Origin: Phoronis australis
Taxonomy: Eukaryota > Animalia > Phoronida
Assembly: GCA_002633005.1 (NCBI GenBank)
Contig: NMRA01000082.1
Coordinates: forward strand, 62,001 to 126,000
Direction: 5' to 3'
Length of the DNA stretch: 64,000 bases
Shown: positions 12,301 through 22,720 of the stretch, one piece after another
Layout of the letters: each line of letters begins with the position of its first letter
Position numbering within the stretch: position 1 is the stretch's first letter
Made by a program: the position numbers and the translations under genes
The notes under the pieces: generated by a model
Told to the model about the DNA's origin: nothing
Databases searched by the model: none
What the model saw: the letters and a program-made list of their open reading frames with translations, nothing else

Positions 12301-13257
12301 TTGGGGGTGCGAATGTCAGACGGGCAAAATCCTGCCTAATACTCTGCCTTGCCCCCACCCCCTTAAATCACAATCCTGGATCAGCCCCTGAAGATGACTA
12401 AAAATCAATTTGAATTTTAGATTCTTCAGCAAATACGAGTTGCCAAACCTGAACCCGAAACAAGTCCAGACATTGAGAGCTCTCGTAGTGCATGACGTAA
12501 CTGTGGGCGAGAAGGAAACGTGTTCCACAGGCTCAATTCCTAGTCTCAAAGAGTTAGTCGAAGCAAAAGGTTTTAAATATGAATGTCTTGACGATCCAAA
12601 GTAAGTGAAGATTATGCATAAAAGCTGGTATATATGTAGGCCTATGTTGAAACGTCAGACGTAGCAAGCGCTGCACACTTCCTCAAATCCTGAAATTTCA
12701 GCGTAATCCTATAGCGCAGATCGAATATTGTGAAGTATCTTTTTATGTTTTCATTTGTCTCCTTCTGGAGAATATGTTGGTCATTGGTACGCCAGGTCTT
12801 TATCAATGAGTCACCTTACTAAGCCAATGCTTTTCAAATGAATGGACGGACAGTTTTTCCGATGCGACCATTCGAAGTAAAGAAAAATGTACATTAATGA
12901 CTGCTAACATGTATTTTTTTAATTGTTTATTAGTTTAAATCCGTCGCAACAATTACGTCTTAGGAGAAAGAGTTATAAATCAACGTCACCGCTTGACTTT
13001 GCAGAGACGTAGTTCATCTGCTGTGCGTCGATGACGTAGACTCTCCAAAGTGTCAGTTTGCCAATTCACGACTTAGGAAGACACTTTACAAGTTGCCTTA
13101 CGATAATCGTGTGCGCGTTCAACCTGGTCTTGGACTCGAAGGAAGTGCGACCCAGTTGTCCTCACCGTTAACCCTGCTGCTTCTTAACAACATCTTAATA
13201 CTCGCTGTGAAGCTGGGAACACAGTCATTTGGAGTTATACTTGTATTACTTAAATGA
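6199..13257 (+). CDS. ADP-ribosyl cyclase / cyclic ADP-ribose hydrolase (CD38/CD157/Aplysia cyclase family), 6 coding exons, 353 aa, predicted secretory pathway and GPI-anchored
   Basis: join(6199-6383,9593-9719,11101-11334,11724-11806,12421-12600,13005-13257) is 1062 nt; all introns are GT-AG with consistent phases (2,0,0,2,2). Family motifs: IFLGRC, LWELFFNAFAFQDPC, MLWSG, ALADTMLGYMVDGAVWCG, YWGAVS, LMLNGT, FFSKYELPNL (catalytic Glu), HLLC. It has the 10 family cysteines, an N-terminal signal peptide and a hydrophobic C-terminus. Confidence 0.93.
6850..6910 (-). repeat. Degenerate tRNA-derived SINE head remnant
   Basis: Minus strand reads gtagaatatctgactgcgaaaggaaaggttccgggttccagtc, resembling the D-arm to T-arm (B-box) part of a tRNA; no intact cloverleaf. 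Confidence 0.25.
7932..9480 (+). mobile_element. 5'-truncated non-LTR retrotransposon with RT C-terminus and RNase H (I-group type), flanked by a 12-bp TSD
   Basis: Uninterrupted ORF to 9445 with RT/thumb motifs HLGVELDRRLNF, LYKALVTSIFDY, LERLQNIGLRVITG and RNase H motifs ATDGS, MEFEAI, TDSMA, VPGHAGVLINERADYLA. Short 3' tail of acaggtat(a)tt repeats. Identical GACAAAGTGGTG at 7920-7931 and 9481-9492. Confidence 0.93.
9593..9719 (+). CDS. ADP-ribosyl cyclase coding exon 2 (absent from ORF track)
   Basis: tttcAG|(K)HECQHLWELFFNAFAFQDPCQVSSEKYHSFIEEIYEPMPENK|GTAATT. Confidence 0.9.
9740..9920 (+). mobile_element. Highly decayed L1/Tx1-type ORF2 fragment in an intron of the cyclase gene
   Basis: Translates as FKFIWNNKDERVKRDVLIKTY*EGG, matching the FIW..K..VKR..L...EGGL pattern of L1/Tx1 ORF2; interrupted by stops and frameshifts. 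Confidence 0.55.
10037..10095. repeat. 18-bp tandem repeat x3 (tttgtaatggtgtttcac)
   Basis: Three identical consecutive units plus a partial unit. Confidence 0.9.
11101..11334 (+). CDS. ADP-ribosyl cyclase coding exon 3
   Basis: ttcacAG|TMLWSGTY...ALADTMLGYMVDGAVWCG...YWGAVSEI|GTGAGT. Confidence 0.93.
11724..11806 (+). CDS. ADP-ribosyl cyclase coding exon 4
   Basis: ctataAG|VAKTSSGVVTLMLNGTRRDGQPAFSNK(T)|GTGAGT. Confidence 0.85.
12255..12390. mobile_element. Short MITE-like element, family A (CAG/TxGGCGGA...TGGATCCGCCxCTG ends)
   Basis: Inverted ends cagtggcgga / tcagcccctg. Internal gacgggcaaaatcctg..taatactctgcc is shared with the copy at 31819-31977. Confidence 0.7.
12421..12600 (+). 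CDS. ADP-ribosyl cyclase coding exon 5 (catalytic Glu)
   Basis: ttttAG|FFSKYELPNLNPKQVQTLRALVVHDVTVGEKETCSTGSIPSLKELVEAKGFKYECLDDP(K)|GTAAGT. Confidence 0.93.
13005..13257 (+). CDS. ADP-ribosyl cyclase coding exon 6 (terminal, GPI-signal-like tail)
   Basis: tttgcAG|DVVHLLCVDDVDSPKCQF...GLEGSATQLSSPLTLLLLNNILILAVKLGTQSFGVILVLLK* (TGA 13255-13257). Confidence 0.88.
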
Positions 13258-14704
13258 AATAACATTACAATGAAACTTGGAATACAGCATGCTCTTTTTT
13301 GAAACATTCAACGGAAAAATTAAAGTGTTCTGACCTCATTTAGATTAGCAAGTGGTTAAAAAGTACTACCAACAGTATGAAAGCTAAATATATCTCCGTT
13401 ATTTCAAAGAGATGCCTGCAAAACCTCCCATTACTATCGAGAATCATCCAACTTGTTAATGACTGTAGCTTCCACTGTCTCAAACGGGAGTCCGTTCAGT
13501 AACGCTAGGACCTACGCTAGGACATAGCTAAAATTTAGCCAAACTCACGTGCTCTCATTGAAAGTACACGACAACAATTCGCGTAATCTCGCGAAGTCTT
13601 GCTTTTTAGCGAGGTACGAGCGTTACTGAACGGGAGGCAGGTTAAGTTAGTAAAGCCTAAATGACACCCTTTGCTCGACGAAGTACAAATAAGAGCATTA
13701 CTATATAGGGTGGTGAAAACTTTGTTCACCAAGAAAGTTACGTCATAAGTAGCTTAAACACAGTGTGACATTTATAAAAAATTCTGTATGTTGAAAATGG
13801 GGACATTGGTGTGCATATACTAAACATTTTAAACATTTAAACGTTATTTAAATATTGTCCAATGAGAGTTTATATACACGATTAAAGGAAGTTTGCATTC
13901 ATCAATAGGAACTGGAACTAAAATGTGGAAACGGTGACATGTCTAACATGCGCAACAGAACAGGACATAGGCAGAGGCAAAGGCGGCATTTTGACCCACG
14001 AAACTGAATAGGACACGTGACACATGTACTGTATGTGAGAGCAGCACCAATACCCGCCCACAACCTAGTAACAGGTTTTACTGTGTGTGTATTCCCAGGG
14101 TGACGTCTGTAATTGGCTGACTGAGAGCAATAGTGGCAGAGGTCGAACAGGTCGAGGTTAATATTGTTCGCTGAGATCCGTATTGATACTGTACACCCGA
14201 GAGAAGTGTGTATCAGTTTTATCACATAACCACAGAGTTTTCCGTCTGTGGCCAAATTTATCTTGTTCTTGCCTGATTTGGTGTGCTAAAAAGTTCTACT
14301 CGCTTCAGTCGTCGTCAGGATTTATGGTTTCTACAGCGTCTGATTGCTCTGATTCCAAACAGCGACATCTGACGTCCGGGGCATGAGTAAAAAGTGATAG
14401 TTCACACTGTATTGGTCAATATCAAGCTATATAGGGCGCATGTGAGCCGAATTTATGACATTCAAAGTACATAAATATGGTGTCTCGTCTAAAATGAAGC
14501 TTTGAATTGACATGAAATTTGTAATTGTAAACATTGCTTGTCAAATCCTCCACCACATTCTTCACAGACTGATTCGCCGATTGACCTCATCAAAATCGAT
14601 TATGATTGCTGCATGACGTAATAGATCTTACATTTAACATTAGTACTTATCATCAGATTTGGATTGTCAAACAACAAATAGCTTTTTGAGCAGTTACAAA
14701 CGCA

Positions 14705-16765
14705 ATGGACCGAGCAACTTGTCCTGAGTCGTCGGGGTCTTCGAGTGATCACAGAATGTTTAGTGAACCTTCGCTGCTTTCCTCGAGCGTGTCTACGTTG
14801 ACTACAGGCGAGGACATCGTACCTACCCCAACGCAGTCTAGGCCGTGCAGCGCAACGTCTGGTGGCACTACCTGCTGCAACTGCGACAGAAGTGCTGTTT
14901 CAACTCCTGTCAAGACACCTGATCCGCCTGCGCCACCTAGTATCATGGTGAGTCATATCACTGAGACTACTTGCCCAAGTAGTGCTCCACTGGATCGATA
15001 TATTGCCCATACCTCTTTAACACGGGTAAGCCCTTTTGTATTAAATCGGTTGCTCGAATACAGGAAATCACTACAACGAGAAATGCAAGAGTTCGCTGAC
15101 ATAAGATCTTCTATAAGACCAAAGAAGGCGTCGACGTTCAGCTGCAGCAGTAAAAATAATGCCATGCCACCCTCTCGTAAAGCAGCAAAACCACACGAGC
15201 GTCAGAAGACGTTTAGGACTTACAAATCTTATACTTGCACAAGTCACGAAACTAATCCTTTTAAGCCACTAAGTTACAATTCTAGAAAAACACGGCTTCG
15301 TAGCCAAAAGTGTTTATTGCCGTGGATGCTTAACAAGCAGACGATAGAAACGAGACACCCTCCGTCACCTGCCCAATGTGAAACTAAAAATTTAGTCAGC
15401 TCTGGAGCGCCACCTCACAGTCAGAAGTCGTCTGACTTTTCAGAAAATGACGACGAGGAGGATACACAAGGGTCTGAAGTAGTCATTGTGCCAATACCGT
15501 CTGCTGCGTCATCATCAAACTCATCCACAGATGAATACGCGATGGCTTCAAAACACATGCGACGAGTCTCGGAGACATGCTCTTCAACGACCTCTTTGGC
15601 TGCAACAGTTGGGTCCGAAGAACAGTGTCAGCGAGACCATGACTGTTCATCCGATGTATCGTCTTTGGGTCCCTGGTCACGCGAGTCGAGTATCCTGTCT
15701 CTGACAGGATTTTGCGGGGCTGAAGAAGTTATAACAAATCTTCCACCGTTGGAGCTGAAACGCAGCGGGGAATCTTCTGACGTGTCACTATCGGTCTGCG
15801 TCGGGTCTGATCAGAGTGCAACTCTACTCAACGTTGACTACGAACTCGAAATGATGAAGGATTGGCAAAGTCCTCCTGAAGACGACCTTACGGCTTTCAT
15901 AGACTCATGTGATGACTTCTATGGTCTAACTGTTGAAGCACGCTGCAGACTGCCTCGTCAACCGTATACGCATGTATTAACTAACATTTCGCAGGAGGGG
16001 AATTCGTGGTCACGGTTCGACACACTTAATCATTTGCCGTTTGGCGATGGAGTAAAAAATAGTCGCGGAAATGAGTCATCGTTTGACTATGTTGTACCGA
16101 AGTTCTCAGTTGAGTATATGAACCTGGAAAGATGCAAGAATCTCCAAACAAGAACAAACAATATTAAAATGTTGCCACCGACAACGACTTTTGGCAACCT
16201 TGGCGATTTCACGGATGTGCAACTGTGGCCAAATACACTACTCGAAAGTCGAGGAAAATGTAAAGAATATGCGGGACGTTACGCGACAGACAAAATCCAA
16301 TGCCCCTTTAAATACTACTTAGGCCCTCAGACAAACTACTCCAGAAACTCGTTTCCCCATGTGAACATGAACGCCCGGTGTTTAAGAACGCCGGTCGTCT
16401 CTACAGCAGCTTTTAGTGAGATGCGCAAGCCGCCTAAAAAGCACGTTTCTTTTCTCCAAACGCTAAGACAAAACATTCATCATCAGACATTCATTAAGTC
16501 CTTACCAAAAGCCAACCTACCCTTTTTGAATCCCGCATTTGGCGTGCGACAACCACGACAAGATTTGGTTACTGACTTTGCCATTAGACCTGTCACCAGA
16601 GGTAGAAAACATGTGCTTCCTAAGGGTCGTGTAGTTACTGTCGTTTTAAAGCTCCCTCGAGTTAACCGAAGACTAGAGGAAACTGAGAAAGAAACCTTCT
16701 CAAAGAATCTGAAAAAGTGTTTCGACAAGGACAGGGATTTAGTAATAAAACGTCATCATCGGTGA
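14705..16765 (+). CDS. Uncharacterised 686-aa Ser/Thr/Pro-rich protein, single ORF, no recognisable domain
   Basis: A 2061-nt stop-free ORF in AT-rich DNA is very unlikely by chance. ATG is in good context (gcaATGG), GC is higher than in the flanks, and there are no transposon motifs, signal peptide or TM segment. Confidence 0.75.
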   Translation: MDRATCPESSGSSSDHRMFSEPSLLSSSVSTLTTGEDIVPTPTQSRPCSATSGGTTCCNCDRSAVSTPVKTPDPPAPPSIMVSHITETTCPSSAPLDRYIAHTSLTRVSPFVLNRLLEYRKSLQREMQEFADIRSSIRPKKASTFSCSSKNNAMPPSRKAAKPHERQKTFRTYKSYTCTSHETNPFKPLSYNSRKTRLRSQKCLLPWMLNKQTIETRHPPSPAQCETKNLVSSGAPPHSQKSSDFSENDDEEDTQGSEVVIVPIPSAASSSNSSTDEYAMASKHMRRVSETCSSTTSLAATVGSEEQCQRDHDCSSDVSSLGPWSRESSILSLTGFCGAEEVITNLPPLELKRSGESSDVSLSVCVGSDQSATLLNVDYELEMMKDWQSPPEDDLTAFIDSCDDFYGLTVEARCRLPRQPYTHVLTNISQEGNSWSRFDTLNHLPFGDGVKNSRGNESSFDYVVPKFSVEYMNLERCKNLQTRTNNIKMLPPTTTFGNLGDFTDVQLWPNTLLESRGKCKEYAGRYATDKIQCPFKYYLGPQTNYSRNSFPHVNMNARCLRTPVVSTAAFSEMRKPPKKHVSFLQTLRQNIHHQTFIKSLPKANLPFLNPAFGVRQPRQDLVTDFAIRPVTRGRKHVLPKGRVVTVVLKLPRVNRRLEETEKETFSKNLKKCFDKDRDLVIKRHHR

Positions 16766-17012
16766 AGACGTTAGCTGCCTTTCATTCAAAAAGGAATCGG
16801 GCTTTCATTCCTGATATTTTTTAGCTTTTCATGCCTTCCACAAACGTTTCAATTCCAAGCAAACTGGTAGAACATTTAAATGTCGTTCCTTTTACCATGT
16901 ACAATACAGGTGTATATCGATATATATGTGAATGTATTTATGCACGTGTGAGTTGAAACACAGTGATTAAGATGGTCAAGTAAGTTTGGGTGGTGAGGCC
17001 CAACCGTGTTAG

Positions 17013-17098
17013 TCTGTGTATGTGCGCGCGCGCGTGTGTGTCCGTGCTTGTGTGCGTGCGTGTGTGTGTGTGCGTATGTGTGCCTTGTGTTTGTGTGC
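17013..17098. repeat. (TG)n/(CG)n compound microsatellite
   Basis: tgtgcgcgcgcgcgtgtgtg...tgtgtgtgtgtgcgtatgtgtg. Confidence 0.85.
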
Positions 17099-17382
17099 CA
17101 AGACCATGAGATATGGCACGAAATACGGATTGAAATACGGAAGATCCCGTACGTATTTCATGGTTTGTGTAAGGTCTTCTGGTGGAATAACTTATTGGGT
17201 ACAACTACGAATTCAATTGTTCGGATTCATCTGGACTACCATAACCATTTATTCATGGCGTCGTCAGTGAGATTCATCGATGATAGTTTACATTAGTTCA
17301 ACTCGCGCGCCGATAGATGTCATAAAAGTGCTACCATTACCCGTGGCTGGTCGCTAGATGGGGGGACAGTTACCGGCATAGG

Positions 17383-17973
17383 CACAAATACGCGTCTCTC
17401 TGGTTCCGTACGTGCCTAACCAGCACGCAGGTACCACACAGTAGCACTCGCTTTAGCATTGGTTGATGTAACCTCGGCAGTCATTGGTTAGCTTTACATC
17501 AACGTGAAAAAATGGCGGACAATGAACGATTTTTAGCCTTGTCATGCAAGTGGTGTAGCAGCAACTATTTCGTTTCTGCAGTAACGTTTAATAGCCGCGT
17601 GCTTGAAGCACATACATGTACAATAAACACATATCTGGCCAATTTAACCAGTGTGTTATTCATACTGTATGAATACATGAAAGTGTCAAAAACAAAAGTC
17701 ATCGACAGTAGAAAGATACACTCCGAAAATTTCTGGATTCATATTTCCTGAACATAAATTTTAAGCGCCGATTTTTCTGTACAACAGATCACATTTACAC
17801 TTGCTTCATCAGTCATGCCAGTTTGTTTGCGTAAAGCGCTGCCTGTTGAGAATTCGAGCAGCCAATCTGAAACGCCGGTATAAAAACATTCCCGAGGAAA
17901 ATTAAGTGGTACTTACGTGCTGGCTACCACCTAGCGGCACGCAGGGAACCAGCGAGAAATACTCGTTTCCGTG
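17383..17973. mobile_element. Non-autonomous DNA transposon (MITE) with long imperfect terminal inverted repeats
   Basis: 17395-17437 (tctctctggttccgtacgtgcc..aaccagcacgcaggtaccac) is the approximate reverse complement of 17906-17958 (gtggtacttacgtgctggct...ggcacgcagggaaccagcgaga). Confidence 0.65.
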
Positions 17974-20900
17974 AACATTTTGTTGCCGTGACATACGTGA
18001 GCTGAAGTCCCATTGCATGAAACCACGTGTTTAAATCTCACCGATCGACAATGCTACAACTTGGGGACCCTCGCAAAATAGGGGCTCCATCATCTAAAGC
18101 AGTGTCCAAATTGGTGACGATGAGGAGGTGGGGCAAAGAGACTCGCTATCGCATGAATTACGGGCTCCGTCTCGTCTACAGGTGCTCGATCCCCTCAAAA
18201 GTCGTGGCGACCGTTGGAAGTGAAAATTAGGACCCAGGGGGCCTTTGACAGTTATGGGGACCGGAGGCACTGGGTTAGAAAATTTTGACGAAAGGTGAAT
18301 GGTTGTAATTATTAGAATCCCCAAACTGTTTGGCTTGGGGCCTCGAGTCTCTAGTACGGCAATGCTGAGTGGGACAACTTGGAGTTTACTCATAAATTCT
18401 GGGCAACGAATAGTCACAAAGCCGCGTGATCAATACTGACCGACATAGAACATCGGAATTGAACAGTATCTAGAGACAGTGGACATACCTACGGTTAATT
18501 TACTTCGTTCCCGCCGCTTGGAGATGAAAGTGCGGACCAGTCTCCGATTGAAAGTTGCCTTCCGTCATTTTTACGGTGAATCCCGAGGCACGAGATTTGA
18601 AGAGACCAGCCGACGAATTGGAAAAGTTTACGACTTATTGCTTTCGGGTAATAGTCAACAGGAAGAAAGTCACTTAAGAACATGTAGCAAAGACTTGATC
18701 AAATCTAGGAATCAATACGTGTTGGTTCCCAGCTCAAAGTGATAAAAGCCCGCTTCAAAATATGACTTCTGCTTTCGTGAAGTTCGCTTTAGTGTGTGGG
18801 CCATTTTTAAAGTTGCATTTCGCACCTGTTACCTGTCAATATTCACGCTCTTAAACGAAGTGATTTAGTTGGGGTTTAAGAGCACCAGAACACTCATCCA
18901 ATATTGAATTATTGTCGAATGAGCTAGCAACTGAAGTCACAAGCCATGCGCTATTCTTGATTCCATAGTCCAATTTTGGGTCGCTGCTTGTATCGATGTT
19001 CTTGTTCATGGTAATGGAAATGGACTTCAGTTGCCTTTAGCAATATTATGGATCCGACTCGATATGATTAACCTAATTAGGTTACCGTTTAAGCCTTCCA
19101 AACAGGGAGAAATACAGCTTTAAAGTCAAATATCTTCAAAATTACAAGTTGCAAAAAGTTTAATTTTACGCAAGACTCCTGAGGTCTTAATTCTAAGTTC
19201 AGAAAAAATATAATGAATGGACCTTGTTTGTATATAGACATGTAATTAAAACGGTCTACATCAGGGGTCTCATGGTAAAAAATCCTGTCAGGACACCAAT
19301 CTCAAGAGCGAAATGATCAACATGTCATGTGCATGTAAACTATAAACTCGCTCAACATGCTGTACAAAGAAAGGATTGTTTCGCATTAGGGGCGTGAGTA
19401 AACTTTCGACGAATACGCCATAGGTGCATGATCCGTGTAACACCGTGGGCGCAGTACAAGTAAACGGAGTGAGCCACACCGCCTTCGTCTAAGTATTGTT
19501 CGTTTACGCAGTAACCAAATATCTCAGAACTTGTTGATTTTCCTTATTTTTATTGTACGCCCATACCCACATGTGCATTTTGGAACATACGCCCAATGAA
19601 AAATAAACTGACAAGATTACCATCTGCCAATTCCCGCCTAATTTCCAAGAAATTGAAAACATGGACACAATAGTCTTAAAAATAAACTGAACAACGTCGA
19701 CATACGACACAAAGTTTCGACATCCAAATGACCATTTATTTTGGACTCAATCCGTTTCAAATCTTGATGTGTTCCAACAAGATATCGTCAGATGTCGCTT
19801 CGCACACTCTTGTCGAAATCGCGACAACTTACCAAGCATTCCCACTAGAATAACTAGCGGCTAGACAGAGTATCATCACATTTAAGTCCAGCGAATTTTC
19901 CACAAAATTTTTCGCCTAATGCTGATGAATAATTCCGGAAGAAGTTTGTCGTAGTTTGGCGTAGTCTAATATAGTTATATCGAAGACTGTCTAGTATATT
20001 TTAAAGAATAGAATTCTTCAGTTGATAAACGAAATCTTACAATACAAACACAGATTGTGGTTTTCGTGTAGGCGAATACATTTGTGTCAAGCCTGAATAT
20101 GTTGGGAATGGCATAATTACAAGCTTTTGACAATCCAGTACATATCTTTTGAAAATGCCGGTTTTAAACAAGCCGATTGTCTTGCGCACGTATAGGCATG
20201 GCAAACCTATATTTACTCAACCAATTGAATATTTGAGATGATGGACGAAACCTTAAATTTGTTTACAAAAATATGCAGGGTATGTTCTCAGTAAATCAAT
20301 GTTCATTCATTCATTATGCCTGCAATTTCATTAGATATCCCTTCAGTGTATATTAAGGTAGCAAATTCTCAAGTTAGGGCTTCAAATAAAGTGTTTCATA
20401 TATTGAGTATTGTTTCAAGAATGCCATATTGCAGTCTTGGGGTTTTCGAGTAATTTTCCCTAAATTTCTTGAGATTTTATTCAGGAATTATTGGTGGTAC
20501 ATAAATTCTTGTGTAACACTGGAAAACTGGGAATTCCTAAAGATTCAGAGATCTTTTGGTCACCAAGACGGGAGAAATTGCTCATCAGTCTGCATATTTT
20601 TTAAGTTTCTAGTAATAAAAGGAACTCGCGAACAATGAAATGTGAAGCTCAAAGACTCCATAATTTTATTGCAGTCACGGCGAAAAGTGTGACAGACACG
20701 TGTACTAATGAGCTTACAATCTTTATATTTCTAATGTACAATTCGAGTACATGTATGAAATGGACGTATAGCGAAGCACAATGCACCCCACAGCCAAACC
20801 GCTTGTTTGTAACACGTGCCGTTGACACAACCCCAGCTTGAATACGTAACTTCATCCAACCATGTTGTGACTTTTCCTGGAATACAAAAAATAGTTTCAC

Positions 20901-22692
20901 TTTTATGACTGCTTTTGAAGACTCGACAAAGTTAAAATATCTTTCGAAATTGTAACTGTCTCTCAACATAAGAGTTGTTTCGGAACTGTGCGATCTTAGC
21001 GTGCGAAATACTTTTTAGGGAAATTCGTTGCGTTACTTTAATCGAGATTGTGTCAGTGCTTATCTTGGGCTTACAGGTTCTGCGAAAAGTATTTGGTGAC
21101 AAACATCTACTTCATTGATCCGTCTTGGTTTGATTTTGTTTTGGTTAAATTTGTCACGGAAAATACTTCAAGTTTTGAAACACCGCGAGATATTTCTTCC
21201 AGTTTCTGACGACCGCACCACGAATATGTGTTGAAGGAAAACGAATGGGCCGTTTTTGTCTTGTCTTATCGTCTCATGCGTGTTTCATCTTAGTTTGGGG
21301 TTGCACCGTCAGGGCAGCCTTGTTTTAAGAGAGTGGTTGTGCTAGGCATGCGTGGAGGATCCTACAGTCCTTCCCAGCTCTCCCTTGTGCCCACAAGGTG
21401 TCTGAGTCATGACAGAATAGATAATGTGGGAGGACCCACTTGGAAATTTGCGCCCTGCACTATCGCGGGTACCTTCGTTAAAAAGCTCATAAAAGCTTCT
21501 TTACCGCCCACTTCTACGTTTTACTTAGGGTCATGCACACTTAATTAAGAATATATTAGCGGTTTACTGGTACCACAGTACACACGCATTGATGTTAGAT
21601 ATTTCCTCTGCGGTCATCCAGGTTATGTCCTTCCCCACATGGGTGATTTGATGGTTAGTCAAAACTTGTTATTGCTTATTAATTGGGATAAAGTGGTCGG
21701 CAGTAAACACGTGTTGCTTCGGAAGATCCAAAAATACACAATAAAATTAAAACCAGTTTTAGAAGTCCCATGAACTTTTTCAAGTTTCACGAGATATTGA
21801 TATTTGTCCATGTCGTAAACGTACCCTTTGCTTTGTTACTCTTTTTTCGATCACAGAATGAAATGGAAATAAATTTATCACAATGTACTTCGAAGAGTGC
21901 TGTAACACCTGAAGATGGTACAGTGTAGGAGTTATGACGGACCGAATCGTCATGACAATTTATGTAAGCTTGAAGTTGTTGGAAATACACGTGTGTGTTT
22001 TAGAAGGGACAAATATTTCATCACCACTTCAAAGCGGTTGTTAAAAGAAGTTAGTTGTAGCAACATTTTGAAAATTACAGCCTGGCATACGTTTACGCTC
22101 TTTACTTGAAAATGCGTTTATATAAGTTGACAACCTGTGGTGAACCACACGAAATTGCTTAATTAAACTTAAATTCAAATAAAATTGTCTTTAATTTGGA
22201 AGAAATGGTGTCATACTGGGACAGATCCATTTGATATTAAGAAAACGGCATGTAGGCCTTGTAAATAGATGTTAACACTCATTTTTTTATTCCACAGGTC
22301 ATATATGTATGTTGTATACTAGCGAATGAATCAGCATCGTGTCGACGACCGATTTATTTTTTTTAAGAATAATTTAGAGGCAGGCGTTTTTTGAAATCAG
22401 CAAATAAAAACGAAAATAAACATTTACCTGCTTTTTTGGTTTCATCTTAAACAGTCATGTCCAAAGAAAATTGGCCGAGTTGTTTTACTAGTTCTAATTT
22501 TACTAAAATGTCATGGTCAAGCAAACCAACCTGTGTAGATGGACTCAAAATCAAATTCTACGGCATTTCTACTTTCAGAGAGTTTTACATTTACTGAGGC
22601 AGTTGAGAGAATGGGCAGACTTGTTGGTAAGGTAAACACATAACACATCTGACCAGGCAAACATGTTTGCCCACACAAAGTTGGGGCACGCA

Positions 22693-22720
22693 TACATACA
22701 CACACACGCACACACGCACG
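22693..22720. repeat. (CA)n microsatellite
   Basis: tacatacacacacacgcacacacgcacg. Confidence 0.7.

Noticed and set aside
16938-17296. Overlapping ORFs rich in VCVC/THTH
   Set aside because: Translation artefacts of the TG/CG microsatellite.
19069-19084. 16-bp perfect palindrome taacctaattaggtta
   Set aside because: AT-rich and short; plausible by chance in 64 kb, with no supporting context.
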